Source: a virus
Lineage: Duplodnaviria > Heunggongvirae > Uroviricota > Caudoviricetes
DNA: 64,000 nucleotides
Virus record (IMG/VR): IMGVR_UViG_3300017565_000001
Coordinates: 141,741 to 205,740 of that record
Reading direction: 5' to 3' (one strand)
The notes beneath the pieces were generated by a model. The model did no database searches, had not been told where the DNA came from, and saw nothing but the letters and a program-made list of their open reading frames with translations. A program made the position numbers and the translations under genes. Positions within the stretch are counted from its first letter, which is position 1, and each line of letters starts with the position of its first letter. Below are positions 10,285 to 20,016 of the stretch, in pieces.

Positions 10285-10425
10285 ATGAAACAGTGCCAAA
10301 TGCGTTTGTGGGGCCTCACCAAGAAGGAAATAGCGGAACGTGTGTTCACGGGAAGTCTCTTTGTGGTGGCCGTTATTGCCCTGTTGTGGGGCCCTGGATA
10401 CATCGCCCCGCTGTTCATGAAGTGA
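10285..10425 (+). CDS. small membrane peptide (46 aa)
   Basis: AAGGAG RBS, hydrophobic C-terminal half. Confidence 0.55.
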   Translation: MKQCQMRLWGLTKKEIAERVFTGSLFVVAVIALLWGPGYIAPLFMK

Positions 10426-10495
10426 CGCCACTCTAGCAATTTGGCACAAAAGGTAGCAGAATGGTTTTCTGCTACCTTTTTCACGACTATAAGAA

Positions 10496-11113
10496 ATGAC
10501 AATCAATCTCGTACTCCTGCGTCACGGCCAATCCTATACCAATTCTGGCAAGATCGTCCACAAAGACACCCAGAATCTCCTGACTCCCAAGGGCGTCAAG
10601 GAAACCCTACGCCATGCTGATGGATTCCGTCGCGTGTTTCCTGAACTGCATTTCGATCACGTCTTCGTCTCGCCCCTTTTCCGGGCCCAGCAAACTGCGT
10701 TCAACTTCCTGAGTCAGTTCGACAACCAGGCAATTGACGCAGAAATCGTCGACGGATTCCGTGAGCGCGGCTTTGGCTTTGACGGTTTCCTAACCATTGA
10801 AGACATGATTGCTCAATATGGTTCTGAGACTATCGATTCCTGGGAGTTTGACGTCAACGCTCGTCCCGGTGATGATCGTGGCGAAACCCTACAGGAAGTC
10901 TATGACCGAGTCACAGAGACCTATCGGGATAAGGTTCTTCCTCGCATTCTTGATGGCCAGAAGATCCTGGTTGTTTCTCACTACTATGTGATGAAGTGCC
11001 TGCAATCATTCCTGCAATTTAACTCCATCCAGATGGCTCCCATCTTTGAGCCCAAGAACAGTTTGCCGGTTCCTTACAGTTTCCCGGTAAAATTGGAAGA
11101 CATGAAAATTTAA
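10496..11113 (+). CDS. histidine phosphatase (phosphoglycerate mutase family)
   Basis: LLRHGQS, SPLFRAQQTA, ER.FG, GE.L, VVSH. Confidence 0.9.
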   Translation: MTINLVLLRHGQSYTNSGKIVHKDTQNLLTPKGVKETLRHADGFRRVFPELHFDHVFVSPLFRAQQTAFNFLSQFDNQAIDAEIVDGFRERGFGFDGFLTIEDMIAQYGSETIDSWEFDVNARPGDDRGETLQEVYDRVTETYRDKVLPRILDGQKILVVSHYYVMKCLQSFLQFNSIQMAPIFEPKNSLPVPYSFPVKLEDMKI

Positions 11114-11194
11114 TTTTGACACTTGGACGCGGTTGCGTTTATATTGTGGACATGGTGCAGACAAGCACCACAACAATAATAACAAGGAAAAACC

Positions 11195-11419
11195 ATGTCC
11201 AAGTCTGTTCAACTCACCGCGCGCCAAGTTGATGTAGTTCGCGCAATCCGCAAGCTCCAACGCAGTCAGCGTCGTGCCCCGACGCAGGCTCAAGTGGCAC
11301 AAGTTGTTGGTATCGCCCGCCGCACCGCCTGCGACCACATCGCAAACCTGTCCGAGAAGGGCGCAGTCGACAAGTACGGCCGTACTAACCGTATCAAGTT
11401 TTACGATCTGAAGGCCTAA
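11195..11419 (+). CDS. LexA-like winged-helix DNA-binding protein (no protease domain)
   Basis: LTARQ.DV...I.....RAPT.AQVAQ..G......DH...L.EKG pattern. Confidence 0.75.
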   Translation: MSKSVQLTARQVDVVRAIRKLQRSQRRAPTQAQVAQVVGIARRTACDHIANLSEKGAVDKYGRTNRIKFYDLKA

Positions 11420-11466
11420 GCTTTCGGAACCCAGTAAAAGCCACCCTAGGGTGGCTTTTCTGTTGA

Positions 11467-12051
11467 TTGGTATGCCATTTCGTTTTATCGTCATCCCATC
11501 ATACGGGGAGAGTCATGGAATCAGCAGTTCTTAAAGCGTGGTACAAACGAATCATAAAGAAATTGTGGAGTAACGTACCAACGCCAACATCTACTTCATT
11601 TCCAGTATCCCCGATCCCAAACTTCACAAGTGTTTGCCCGTACCCGATCGTTCGTGTTCAAATGATCGGGGCCATTAAACCTCGCAGGCTCGCTGAACTG
11701 AAACAAGAGATTGAAGCAGACCCAGAATTGGCGGACAACTATGTCCATGCCGCTATGATCATGTGGTGTGAAGAACATGCCCCAGAGGCGTATATGATCG
11801 CCACTTGCGACAATCATTGCGTTCCCTTTGTGTATGAGCCAGAACCACTCACCATCGAAGAAGAACCCTATGTGGGTATGTGGGCATTCATATTTCATGA
11901 CGAAGATGTGGCAGCACAGTTTAAGCTCACATTCAGTGACACGACAGTTATCACCGAATACCATTTCTATTTTGAACGAACTATTGTTGATCAAGAACCA
12001 TTGCTCACGTATCGAGTGGTTCGTAGTAAATTTCGCAACACCGGCATATGA
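11467..12051 (+). CDS. hypothetical protein, F.D..DA..FKL family
   Basis: FHDEDVAAQFKLTF; start uncertain. Confidence 0.65.
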   Translation: MVCHFVLSSSHHTGRVMESAVLKAWYKRIIKKLWSNVPTPTSTSFPVSPIPNFTSVCPYPIVRVQMIGAIKPRRLAELKQEIEADPELADNYVHAAMIMWCEEHAPEAYMIATCDNHCVPFVYEPEPLTIEEEPYVGMWAFIFHDEDVAAQFKLTFSDTTVITEYHFYFERTIVDQEPLLTYRVVRSKFRNTGI

Positions 12052-12419
12052 ACAAAGTCCAATTCTGGTTGAAGACCATCGTCAACACCTATAATGGTGA
12101 GTTGCCGTATCCTGCTCTGCAAAAGTTGTCCCCACTACCAGTAGTCATTCAAGATCCCAAATATTGGGAAAATTCCAATCATCTGTTGGGAGTGAATCTG
12201 TATTACACCATTCTGAAAGAAGAGGACTCAGCGATCGCTAGAGCCAAGTTTGAATGGTGCAAGGAGAACTTGGATGAAAACGCTTATGTTCCTCTGCATA
12301 TCGGGAACAATTCCCACAATATTGTCCTAGTACCAGAACGATACAGCCTTGTGGTTGGGTACATGTTTCAAGATTCCAAAGACGCAACTATGTTCAAGCT
12401 CAGCTTCGATGAAGCTTGA
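12048..12419 (+). CDS. hypothetical protein, F.D..DA..FKL family
   Basis: FQDSKDATMFKLSF. Confidence 0.7.
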   Translation: MNKVQFWLKTIVNTYNGELPYPALQKLSPLPVVIQDPKYWENSNHLLGVNLYYTILKEEDSAIARAKFEWCKENLDENAYVPLHIGNNSHNIVLVPERYSLVVGYMFQDSKDATMFKLSFDEA

Positions 12420-12456
12420 CATTCAGTTCATTTGGTAATACACTGGTGGTCTCTTA

Positions 12457-12855
12457 ATGTTGGGGGCCGTCATGGACAACATAGTCGCGAATTGGTATTA
12501 CCGCTATTCTTTAGCGGGAACCCGTGATACCGCGAACCTCAGACAAGATTGTCCCTTCAATCTGATATTCCTTCGTTCTCCGGTTGAGTCACGTTGGCTA
12601 TGGTGTGACACTTCAAATCTGCGTGAAGTGGAACGCAACTGGGCCACGGTTGCCCAAGAGATGACATTCTGGTGTGAGCTGCACTGCGCCTATCGGTACC
12701 AGTTCATCGCTACAGACCTGACGACCATTGTGAAGTGGTTTGATTTCAGTTACACGTTCGCTCGTGAAATCCGTGGGTTTATTTTTCAGGATGAGGCTGA
12801 CGCTGTCCAATTCAAACTCACGTTTTCAGAATATTTGGAAAGGGGGTTAGTGTGA
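12457..12855 (+). CDS. hypothetical protein, F.D..DA..FKL family
   Basis: FQDEADAVQFKLTF. Confidence 0.7.
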   Translation: MLGAVMDNIVANWYYRYSLAGTRDTANLRQDCPFNLIFLRSPVESRWLWCDTSNLREVERNWATVAQEMTFWCELHCAYRYQFIATDLTTIVKWFDFSYTFAREIRGFIFQDEADAVQFKLTFSEYLERGLV

Positions 12856-13247
12856 CATCAGTGACGGGTTTTGTTGAAGCATACTATCGTTCACTCGTGG
12901 CAAATCATTATTGCCTGACTTTTGACGAGTTGGTTGGAAAGAGTATCTTTCCAACCTTCATTCTCAAGGACGTACTTGTTGATTTCAACAAAGTTCTGAA
13001 TCGCGCGCACTGGAACACTCCTGCTCCTTGGTCGGGAGTGGAACAGCAGCAACAGGTGCTAATGAATGAGATCTGGGATTGGTGCATGGACATCTGTGGT
13101 AAAGGTGGTTTCACCCCGGTACTCACTGGAACCAATGATTACCTGCGTACCAGGAGCTTTGACCTTTCCTATATGCGTGGCGTTATCATAGAGTCCTCAG
13201 ACCACGCTCTTCAATTCAAGCTGACTTTCGATCATCCCATGTTTTGA
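12852..13247 (+). CDS. hypothetical protein, F.D..DA..FKL family
   Basis: IESSDHALQFKLTF. Confidence 0.7.
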   Translation: MTSVTGFVEAYYRSLVANHYCLTFDELVGKSIFPTFILKDVLVDFNKVLNRAHWNTPAPWSGVEQQQQVLMNEIWDWCMDICGKGGFTPVLTGTNDYLRTRSFDLSYMRGVIIESSDHALQFKLTFDHPMF

Positions 13248-13297
13248 CTATCAATTCATTTGGCTGTACCATCTGAATATGGTAAACCAAAGGAGCA

Positions 13298-13849
13298 ATG
13301 ATGGGTACTCTCAAAGGTGAATTGGGCAAGGCGTTTAATCGAACGGTTGATGAACGGCTACCCAACACTCAGAAGCCTATGCGAAAACTTGACCCATGGA
13401 ATCCGTCCGCTAAGTGGTGTTCGTTCGTCAAGAACCCCCTTCCCGTCCCCACCACGTGTCGCTATTGCCAGTCTGACGTTTGTATCATAAACAATTCAGA
13501 GATCTATGGTAGGTCCTTTGGTGACTGGCCATGGGCATACCGTTGCTCCAAGAAGGAGTGTGGTGCTTACGTGGGGATGCACCCCAAGACAAACATTCCA
13601 TTGGGGACCCTTGCGGACCAACGAACTCGTGATGCTCGTAAGGAAGCGAAAGATTGGTTCAATCCCATCTGGCAGGACGGATTGATGACCCGCACCCAAG
13701 CGTATCATTGGTTGGCTGAACAGCTGGGGATCCCCAAAGCAGAGGACTGTCACATCGGATGGTTTGATGAAGACATGTGCGAACGGGTGAAAGTCGCCTG
13801 TGGCCCCAAGCTGGAAGAATTGCTGGACCGGGACTTATTGAAATCCTGA
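13298..13849 (+). CDS. DUF3268-family zinc-finger protein
   Basis: CRYC ... C..C.AYVGMH..T..PLGTLAD...R..R ... CHIGWFD..MC. Confidence 0.8.
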   Translation: MMGTLKGELGKAFNRTVDERLPNTQKPMRKLDPWNPSAKWCSFVKNPLPVPTTCRYCQSDVCIINNSEIYGRSFGDWPWAYRCSKKECGAYVGMHPKTNIPLGTLADQRTRDARKEAKDWFNPIWQDGLMTRTQAYHWLAEQLGIPKAEDCHIGWFDEDMCERVKVACGPKLEELLDRDLLKS

Positions 13850-14738
13850 AATACGTTCATTCAAAAGTGAAACCGTTACTCTGGTACAACCAAGTAACGG
13901 TTTTTCTGTTTTAGGGCATTACGAAATACTCAAACTTCTTTGCGCAATCGTAAGTTTTCGAGAGTAATATGTAAATGAATTTGTTGGTACTGTATGAAAT
14001 GTTGAAGTTATTCACAGGTTCATTTGAACAACTTGTTCACATTGTTGGTTACAATGTGTGAACATTGTACGAATATTAACGTATGTACATCTTACTGATT
14101 CACCCAAGAACAGGGTAAGAATTTACTGACTAGGGCATGTAGCATTCAAGTTTGCAGAATTCTACCTGGAGTTTACGACATCGTAATTATCAGTAGATCA
14201 TTGGTGGATCATTGGTGGATCCTTGGACTGTCTTGAAGGATCGTGAAGTATCCTTGAATACTGGACTCTTAGTAGTGATGCTCTTGAGCCTTACTGTAAA
14301 CCTCTAGACCCTTCTCATACCTCCATACTACCCATTGAACCCTCTTACTGGGGAGTACATGAACAACTCAGGTCCACCCACAAGTAATTCCCCTAGGATC
14401 AACTTTCTTACATTACTGGCACCATGTATTCGTTCACTAACACCTTACCTTCTTGTGATTACTCACAGCCTGGGGACTGACTTATTCACATTATCATTAC
14501 CGCCAGGACTTCTAAGGTTGTCCCTAACATTTAAACGCCCTTACAAGTGCGAGATATGAAGGTTTGCAGTTGTCCACTACAATTCATCTATACGTAGCAG
14601 GCAAGCAACACCTAGTGAAAGTCACTATTGCATTCTTAGTGGTTCTCGTATCATTATGAAGCTGACTGTTTCACCCTTGGGGGCTTGGGGTTGAGTGAGA
14701 AATCGCTCTAAAAAGAACACATAGGAAGGGACGGTTGT
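13850..14738. other. long non-coding AT-rich, repeat-rich region; possible replication origin
   Basis: no credible ORF; palindromes, TTATTCACA x2 (14008, 14482), GATCATTGGTG tandem repeats. Confidence 0.4.
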
Positions 14739-15227
14739 ATGATCGTAAATCATTGTGTTAGTTTGTTGGACAAGGGCGTGAGCGCTGTAGCACCGCTCAC
14801 CCTCGTAGACCGCACCTGCTTTAAACTTCAGAGTGGTGTATCAACAAAGCGCCTTGACGGCCTGAAGACCGCGCTCATGATGATCGAAGTCATGAACATT
14901 CAGCAAGACGGGTCATCCCCAGAGCAGCAGATTGCGCGCCTGGAGCATTTTGCGTCGTATGTACGTGAAAACTTCCCCACTCATGTGGTGATGGCGCTTG
15001 CAAAGTTCGCCCTGCGGGATCGAAACATCAAGAAGATCGGGATGAGCCCCGGTTGGAAAACTGTACTGAAATCGTTCAAGCCCGTAATCCTGGACAATTC
15101 CAAGAACCCCCAGGAACTCAAAAGGTACCAGGCGGCCGAACGACTTTACTCCAAGCTTGTCTCTCACATGCAGTTTAGCGTGGTGGTGAACAGCTTTCTT
15201 TCCAGCGAACTGGAAACTCTGCACTAA
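14739..15227 (+). CDS. hypothetical protein
   Basis: ORF track. Confidence 0.65.
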   Translation: MIVNHCVSLLDKGVSAVAPLTLVDRTCFKLQSGVSTKRLDGLKTALMMIEVMNIQQDGSSPEQQIARLEHFASYVRENFPTHVVMALAKFALRDRNIKKIGMSPGWKTVLKSFKPVILDNSKNPQELKRYQAAERLYSKLVSHMQFSVVVNSFLSSELETLH

Positions 15228-15355
15228 CCCTTGGTTCATCAGCTCCCTCACTGATGACTTAAATGCGAGCGGTCCATCGGGCTGACTCGCATTCTTTTTG
15301 TTGACACCAAATGAATTAATAACTATCATTTGGTTATCGATGAACGGAGGGACGT

Positions 15356-15736
15356 ATGGCGCGAAAACCAGGATGCTATTTGTGTTGGATGCTGGAACCC
15401 AGTGAGCGTGAAAAACTCCTGGCTCAAATTCCTGCTGAATATCCTCGCGTCGTAGCGGAACACATCACCTACCTGTACGGTGTTCCAGTCCAGAGTCGTC
15501 TGCCTACTGCAACTCGTGGTTTCATCATCGGTGAGATCATGGACCGTGGTGTTCAAGCCCTTGTTGTGGAGATTGATGGCAGTGACCGTCGCCCTGATGG
15601 TGAACGCTATCACATCACCTGGTCCTTGGATTGGGATCGTTATCCTGCAGAATCCAAGGACTTGGTAAAGCGTGGCTTCTGGCCCTTTGAAAATCCCATC
15701 GAAATCCAGCTGATCCCCAGCAAAGTCATGCTGTAG
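15356..15736 (+). CDS. 2H phosphoesterase superfamily protein
   Basis: two HxT motifs (EHITY, YHITW) about 50 aa apart. Confidence 0.75.
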   Translation: MARKPGCYLCWMLEPSEREKLLAQIPAEYPRVVAEHITYLYGVPVQSRLPTATRGFIIGEIMDRGVQALVVEIDGSDRRPDGERYHITWSLDWDRYPAESKDLVKRGFWPFENPIEIQLIPSKVML

Positions 15737-15792
15737 GAGTTTTTAATTCCATGTGAAATCGGCATAAATACCCTGATTAATCGGGGGAAATT

Positions 15793-16887
15793 ATGCCACG
15801 TATCAGTAAAGCAAGAGTCCAGTCAGGTGACGGCAAGATTTTGTTCGGTCCCGACGATCAGGGCATCGACGCAACTACCAATCTGGTTTCAGTAACCGAT
15901 CCCGATGATGACGGGACTACTGACAGCGGCCCACAGACGGGTGGTGGATCAAATGTACCTGGACCTCCTGGCCCACCTGGGAAGGATGGTACCAACGCTT
16001 TTGAAAACATCACATATGATGTTTCATTCAACGATTTTCGTATTACCAACCTGGGTGATCCAGTAAATCCTCAGGATGCAGTAAACCTCAGAACCCTGAA
16101 TGAGATTCTGGCCGACGTCACGGGTGGCGTATTCAAGGGCGACGTCATTGGTGATCCCGATGATGATAAGCAGGTAGTAGGTCTTTACAGCCGTCCTATC
16201 TTTGACACTCCACCTGAACCCAGTCAAGTAATTGCCTGGAATCCTTCCCGTCAGTCTTGGGAATACCGCAAACTGACAATGGACGATATCACTCCTGCGT
16301 TCACCGTCAGCATGACTCTACAGGGTTCAAATATTGTTGAGACCGGCGCAACTGTCGCCAATCCGTCGTTCACTGCTTCTTACAATCAAGGCGTCATCTC
16401 GGCAGTTCTGACTGACAACCAGGGTACACCAGCCCGTGATGTCACTAGTACACCTACATCATTCAACAGTACGGGAACATTCACTAAGACCTTTCATGGC
16501 CAAAGTGTTGCATTTATCCTGACGGCAACCAGTAATGGCGGTACGATTAAAGCTGCCCAATCCACCTTGACATGGGGTTCGAATACCTTTTGGGGTGTTG
16601 CTTTGCCTGGTCAAAGCGGTGAAGCTTTTGTGAAGAGTCTCAGCAAGGCCCTGACTACCAGCAAGAACCGCTCAATCACCGTCTACGCTAATCCCACACA
16701 GAAGATCTATTACGCTCACAGAACCGCATATGGTGAACCCACATTTACCGTTGACGGTTTCTCGGGTGGCTTCTTTCTGGTGGCAGATGACATCCTGATT
16801 ACTAATCAATACGGCATCCAGGAAGTCTATTCCCTGTATGAGAGCGATAAGACTAATCTGGGCACTATCACAATTTCAATCACTTGA
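15793..16887 (+). CDS. virion/tail-associated protein
   Basis: ATAAATA late box; GPPGPPGKDG collagen-like stretch; DPVNPQDAVN fibre motif; Thr/Ser-rich beta C-terminus. Confidence 0.7.
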   Translation: MPRISKARVQSGDGKILFGPDDQGIDATTNLVSVTDPDDDGTTDSGPQTGGGSNVPGPPGPPGKDGTNAFENITYDVSFNDFRITNLGDPVNPQDAVNLRTLNEILADVTGGVFKGDVIGDPDDDKQVVGLYSRPIFDTPPEPSQVIAWNPSRQSWEYRKLTMDDITPAFTVSMTLQGSNIVETGATVANPSFTASYNQGVISAVLTDNQGTPARDVTSTPTSFNSTGTFTKTFHGQSVAFILTATSNGGTIKAAQSTLTWGSNTFWGVALPGQSGEAFVKSLSKALTTSKNRSITVYANPTQKIYYAHRTAYGEPTFTVDGFSGGFFLVADDILITNQYGIQEVYSLYESDKTNLGTITISIT

Positions 16888-16895
16888 GGTAAGCC

Positions 16896-17498
16896 ATGGC
16901 CATTAGAGTAATTTCCAACATTGAGCCATATGGCAATAATGACTGGTACATTGTTGATGACACACTTGTAAAAGGTGGCTATCAATCAGTACCTGATGCC
17001 GCGGCACGCGACAGCATCAATCCCGTTAACCTGAAACCAGGTATGCTGGTTTACACTCAGGATGACAAGCAGATTTGGCAACTAGCTGATGACTTGACGT
17101 CATGGCGCCCCTTCCGCTTGGATTCGACTCACGTGTTCAGGGTGTCCCTTTACGTGTACCAGAGCCCCTTGGAAGGGCAGGTAGATTATGTCTTTGCTGA
17201 CAAGATCTACTTTGGTGGGAACTTCGAAGGTTCTACCTTTGCCGCCCGTACTTATCCCACTGAAGAGAAGATTATCGAGATTCAAAAGAACTATGAGGAG
17301 TTTGTGGGCCAGATCACAGTTCAACCTGACGGTTCGTATGCCTACTACGGATATTCGTTCTCGTATGATCCCGGTGATGTTCTCACCCTCAGGTTTCCTG
17401 AAGATAGTGGTATGACGGGAATCTCAATCACATTGAAAGGGTCATATGACGATGTGTATGACCACGAAGACATATGGATGCCCCCTGATAACGGGTAA
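16896..17498 (+). CDS. virion-associated protein
   Basis: KGGYQSV....ARD.I....LKPGMLVY motif common in tail proteins. Confidence 0.6.
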   Translation: MAIRVISNIEPYGNNDWYIVDDTLVKGGYQSVPDAAARDSINPVNLKPGMLVYTQDDKQIWQLADDLTSWRPFRLDSTHVFRVSLYVYQSPLEGQVDYVFADKIYFGGNFEGSTFAARTYPTEEKIIEIQKNYEEFVGQITVQPDGSYAYYGYSFSYDPGDVLTLRFPEDSGMTGISITLKGSYDDVYDHEDIWMPPDNG

Positions 17499-17560
17499 AC
17501 GTATAAATACAGCAAACGTCCTTTTGGACCCAAGAATCTAATCCTGGAGAGGAACCCTTT

Positions 17561-18778
17561 ATGGCAAATATCATTGGCGTTAAGACACAAGATCAAATCG
17601 TATCTTTGTCTAGCCTTGTTACCAAAATGTGGACTGACCTGACCACCGGCGCCGCTTTCACGAGCATTCTGCCTGCTGGTACCGTCAACCCACCCGCCGT
17701 TGATACAGACGGCAATGTGAAGTTCGTTGTTGAATCGACCTCGTTAGTCAATCCTTTGAACTCAACTCAACCCTATCGCATCTATGTTGAATGCGTGACG
17801 AACAACCGCATCAAGGTTGCTATCGCCAACCCTATTCAGATCAAGAACGACGGTACGGTCGCCGCCGTCCCAGGTCTGGAAGCATTCCGCGCAGCAACCA
17901 AGAGCGGCATGTTGGGCACTAAGTGGGATGACGCCTCTGTTCCTACTGATGACTTCCCAACTGACACTCAGTTCATCGTTCGCACACCAGCTATCTACGC
18001 TGACGGAGATCTGTCCAGCTCCCCAATGAGCTATCAGATGACTTTGACCGATCACGGTCTGGCTTTCTTTGCTTGGAACGACGACAACGAACACAACCCA
18101 CGCGTCAGCTGGTTTGTCGTTCAGAGCCCAGTTGATAAGGAAACCGGTGCCCCTCGTCTGGACAAGCAGTCACCAATCTTCTGCGTGTACTCCTGCAACT
18201 CGGCACCTGATGGTGTTGCTACTGCCACACAAGTAAGCAACTGGTTGGCTCGTGAATTGGTGAACTACACCAAGACCATTCCAACAGGCCAAGTTCTGGC
18301 TGCTGGCTTCAACACTTGGCTGCAAGGTCAATTGAAGCCGCCAATTGGTGGTTTCACACAAACTGGTGGCGTTCAAGCTCAAAACGCTTGGGGCTATGTG
18401 GTTGATTCGGTTGCTATCTACAAATTTGTGGTTAACGAATCGGACGTTTTTGTTCCATCGCCTTCCGTGCGTGCTGACGTCGACCGTACTGACTCGGCGG
18501 CTATCATCAACACACAGCAACAAGTCGCCATCTCGACCGGCAACCAATATCTGGTTACCATTCCTAACCGCTTGAATACTCAGCGCTATGCCTATACAGA
18601 TGAATTGGATCTGATTGGTTATACTTCTGCTGACGTTATCTCGCAAGACAGTGACGTGCCAGTCACGGTTTACGGTGAAAGCGAACCTCGTGTTTACAAG
18701 GCCATGAAGGCCAGCGGCGCCAACAACGTTGGCTTCCGTATCCTGTCCCTGATTTCGGTTGGCGACAGCAACCCTTAA
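17561..18778 (+). CDS. virion structural protein
   Basis: TATAAATA late box at ~17503; 405 aa. Confidence 0.65.
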   Translation: MANIIGVKTQDQIVSLSSLVTKMWTDLTTGAAFTSILPAGTVNPPAVDTDGNVKFVVESTSLVNPLNSTQPYRIYVECVTNNRIKVAIANPIQIKNDGTVAAVPGLEAFRAATKSGMLGTKWDDASVPTDDFPTDTQFIVRTPAIYADGDLSSSPMSYQMTLTDHGLAFFAWNDDNEHNPRVSWFVVQSPVDKETGAPRLDKQSPIFCVYSCNSAPDGVATATQVSNWLARELVNYTKTIPTGQVLAAGFNTWLQGQLKPPIGGFTQTGGVQAQNAWGYVVDSVAIYKFVVNESDVFVPSPSVRADVDRTDSAAIINTQQQVAISTGNQYLVTIPNRLNTQRYAYTDELDLIGYTSADVISQDSDVPVTVYGESEPRVYKAMKASGANNVGFRILSLISVGDSNP

Positions 18779-18860
18779 TACCTAGGGGTTATTAACGAAG
18801 GGGCCTCATGGCCCCTTCGTTTTACCTGATAAATATTTGCATCTTTCTTGAGAGAAAACT

Positions 18861-20000
18861 ATGGCCGATAATTTCATTGCAGATTATGACGGTATGGATT
18901 GGCAGCCCACAGGCAAGCTTTCCACCCGTTTCCCCTGGAGTCAAATTGGCGCACAAACGGGTTCTATTGTTGCTGGTGGTGGCGCATTCTTGGGCAACCA
19001 AGGTCTCACCATGGACGCAACTGGTAACCTGGCACAGTGTTTGACATTTGCATTCCCCAACTATGGTACCTTCCAGAGAAACAACACCGCAAACAACGGC
19101 AAGGCTCTTTATGGCTTTGGTACTTGGCTGCGAGTTGATTCTATCGCGACTACGCTTGCTGCCAATACTCTTATTGGATTCAGTTCACTGCTGACTCCCG
19201 GTAATATTCCACTGGTGGTTGTTTCCAACTCACAAGCATTGGGTTTGGAATTGTGTTTACCGACCAACTTGTCCACTCCTGCTTCTAACCCATTCAAGGT
19301 TAGCTTGCAGGTTGGTACTAATTATTGGTTCTATTCCAAGTATGCGATTTACCCCAACGGAAACATTCGCGCTTCCTACTACTTGAACAATATCCCGATT
19401 CAGGAGAACTTGACTATCACTATGACAACTGATCCATTGAGCACTTCACCAATGGACCGCGTTGTGTTTTATGGTGGTGTGTCACAGTGCCAGTATTCGG
19501 TTGACGACATTGTCGTTCAAGCTGTTCATGGTGATGAAGCTGATTGGCCATCGGGCTTTACTGCTGGTGTCCCAAACAACCCGAACATCACTGATCTGCC
19601 TATCATCTCAAGCCGCCGCGTTCGTGAAATGGATTTGATCGCAAACGGTTCACAGAATGATTTTACCTCTACCGACGTTGCTTTGGCGAACTGGGAAGCC
19701 GCAAAATCCACGACAGCTAAAGTGCAATCGACGGCTCGTGATCAGACCGAATTGTACAAGGTTGATGCTACGGCTTCTATGAATGACATCATGGCAGTAA
19801 AGTTCCAAATCAATACTGACACTTACTTTTCGCTCACTTCAGCAACAAAGGATCAAGCTGTTGATGCTGTTGCTTCTGGTGTTGGAGTTATCAACCGTGG
19901 TGGTTCCACATTGTCGTATGTGTTGGAAGAAACGGTTGACGGTGAAGCTTGGGATAATGACAAGATCACCGATGCTGAATTTGGTTTGAAGACCTTGTAA
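18861..20000 (+). CDS. virion structural protein (lectin-like beta fold likely)
   Basis: ATAAATA box upstream; composition. Confidence 0.6.
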   Translation: MADNFIADYDGMDWQPTGKLSTRFPWSQIGAQTGSIVAGGGAFLGNQGLTMDATGNLAQCLTFAFPNYGTFQRNNTANNGKALYGFGTWLRVDSIATTLAANTLIGFSSLLTPGNIPLVVVSNSQALGLELCLPTNLSTPASNPFKVSLQVGTNYWFYSKYAIYPNGNIRASYYLNNIPIQENLTITMTTDPLSTSPMDRVVFYGGVSQCQYSVDDIVVQAVHGDEADWPSGFTAGVPNNPNITDLPIISSRRVREMDLIANGSQNDFTSTDVALANWEAAKSTTAKVQSTARDQTELYKVDATASMNDIMAVKFQINTDTYFSLTSATKDQAVDAVASGVGVINRGGSTLSYVLEETVDGEAWDNDKITDAEFGLKTL

Positions 20001-20016
20001 GTAACTAGGGCGTTGT

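Noticed and set aside
14196-14226. CRISPR array (also 48620-48653)
   Set aside because: Repeats are 10-11 nt and directly adjacent with no spacers; no cas genes.
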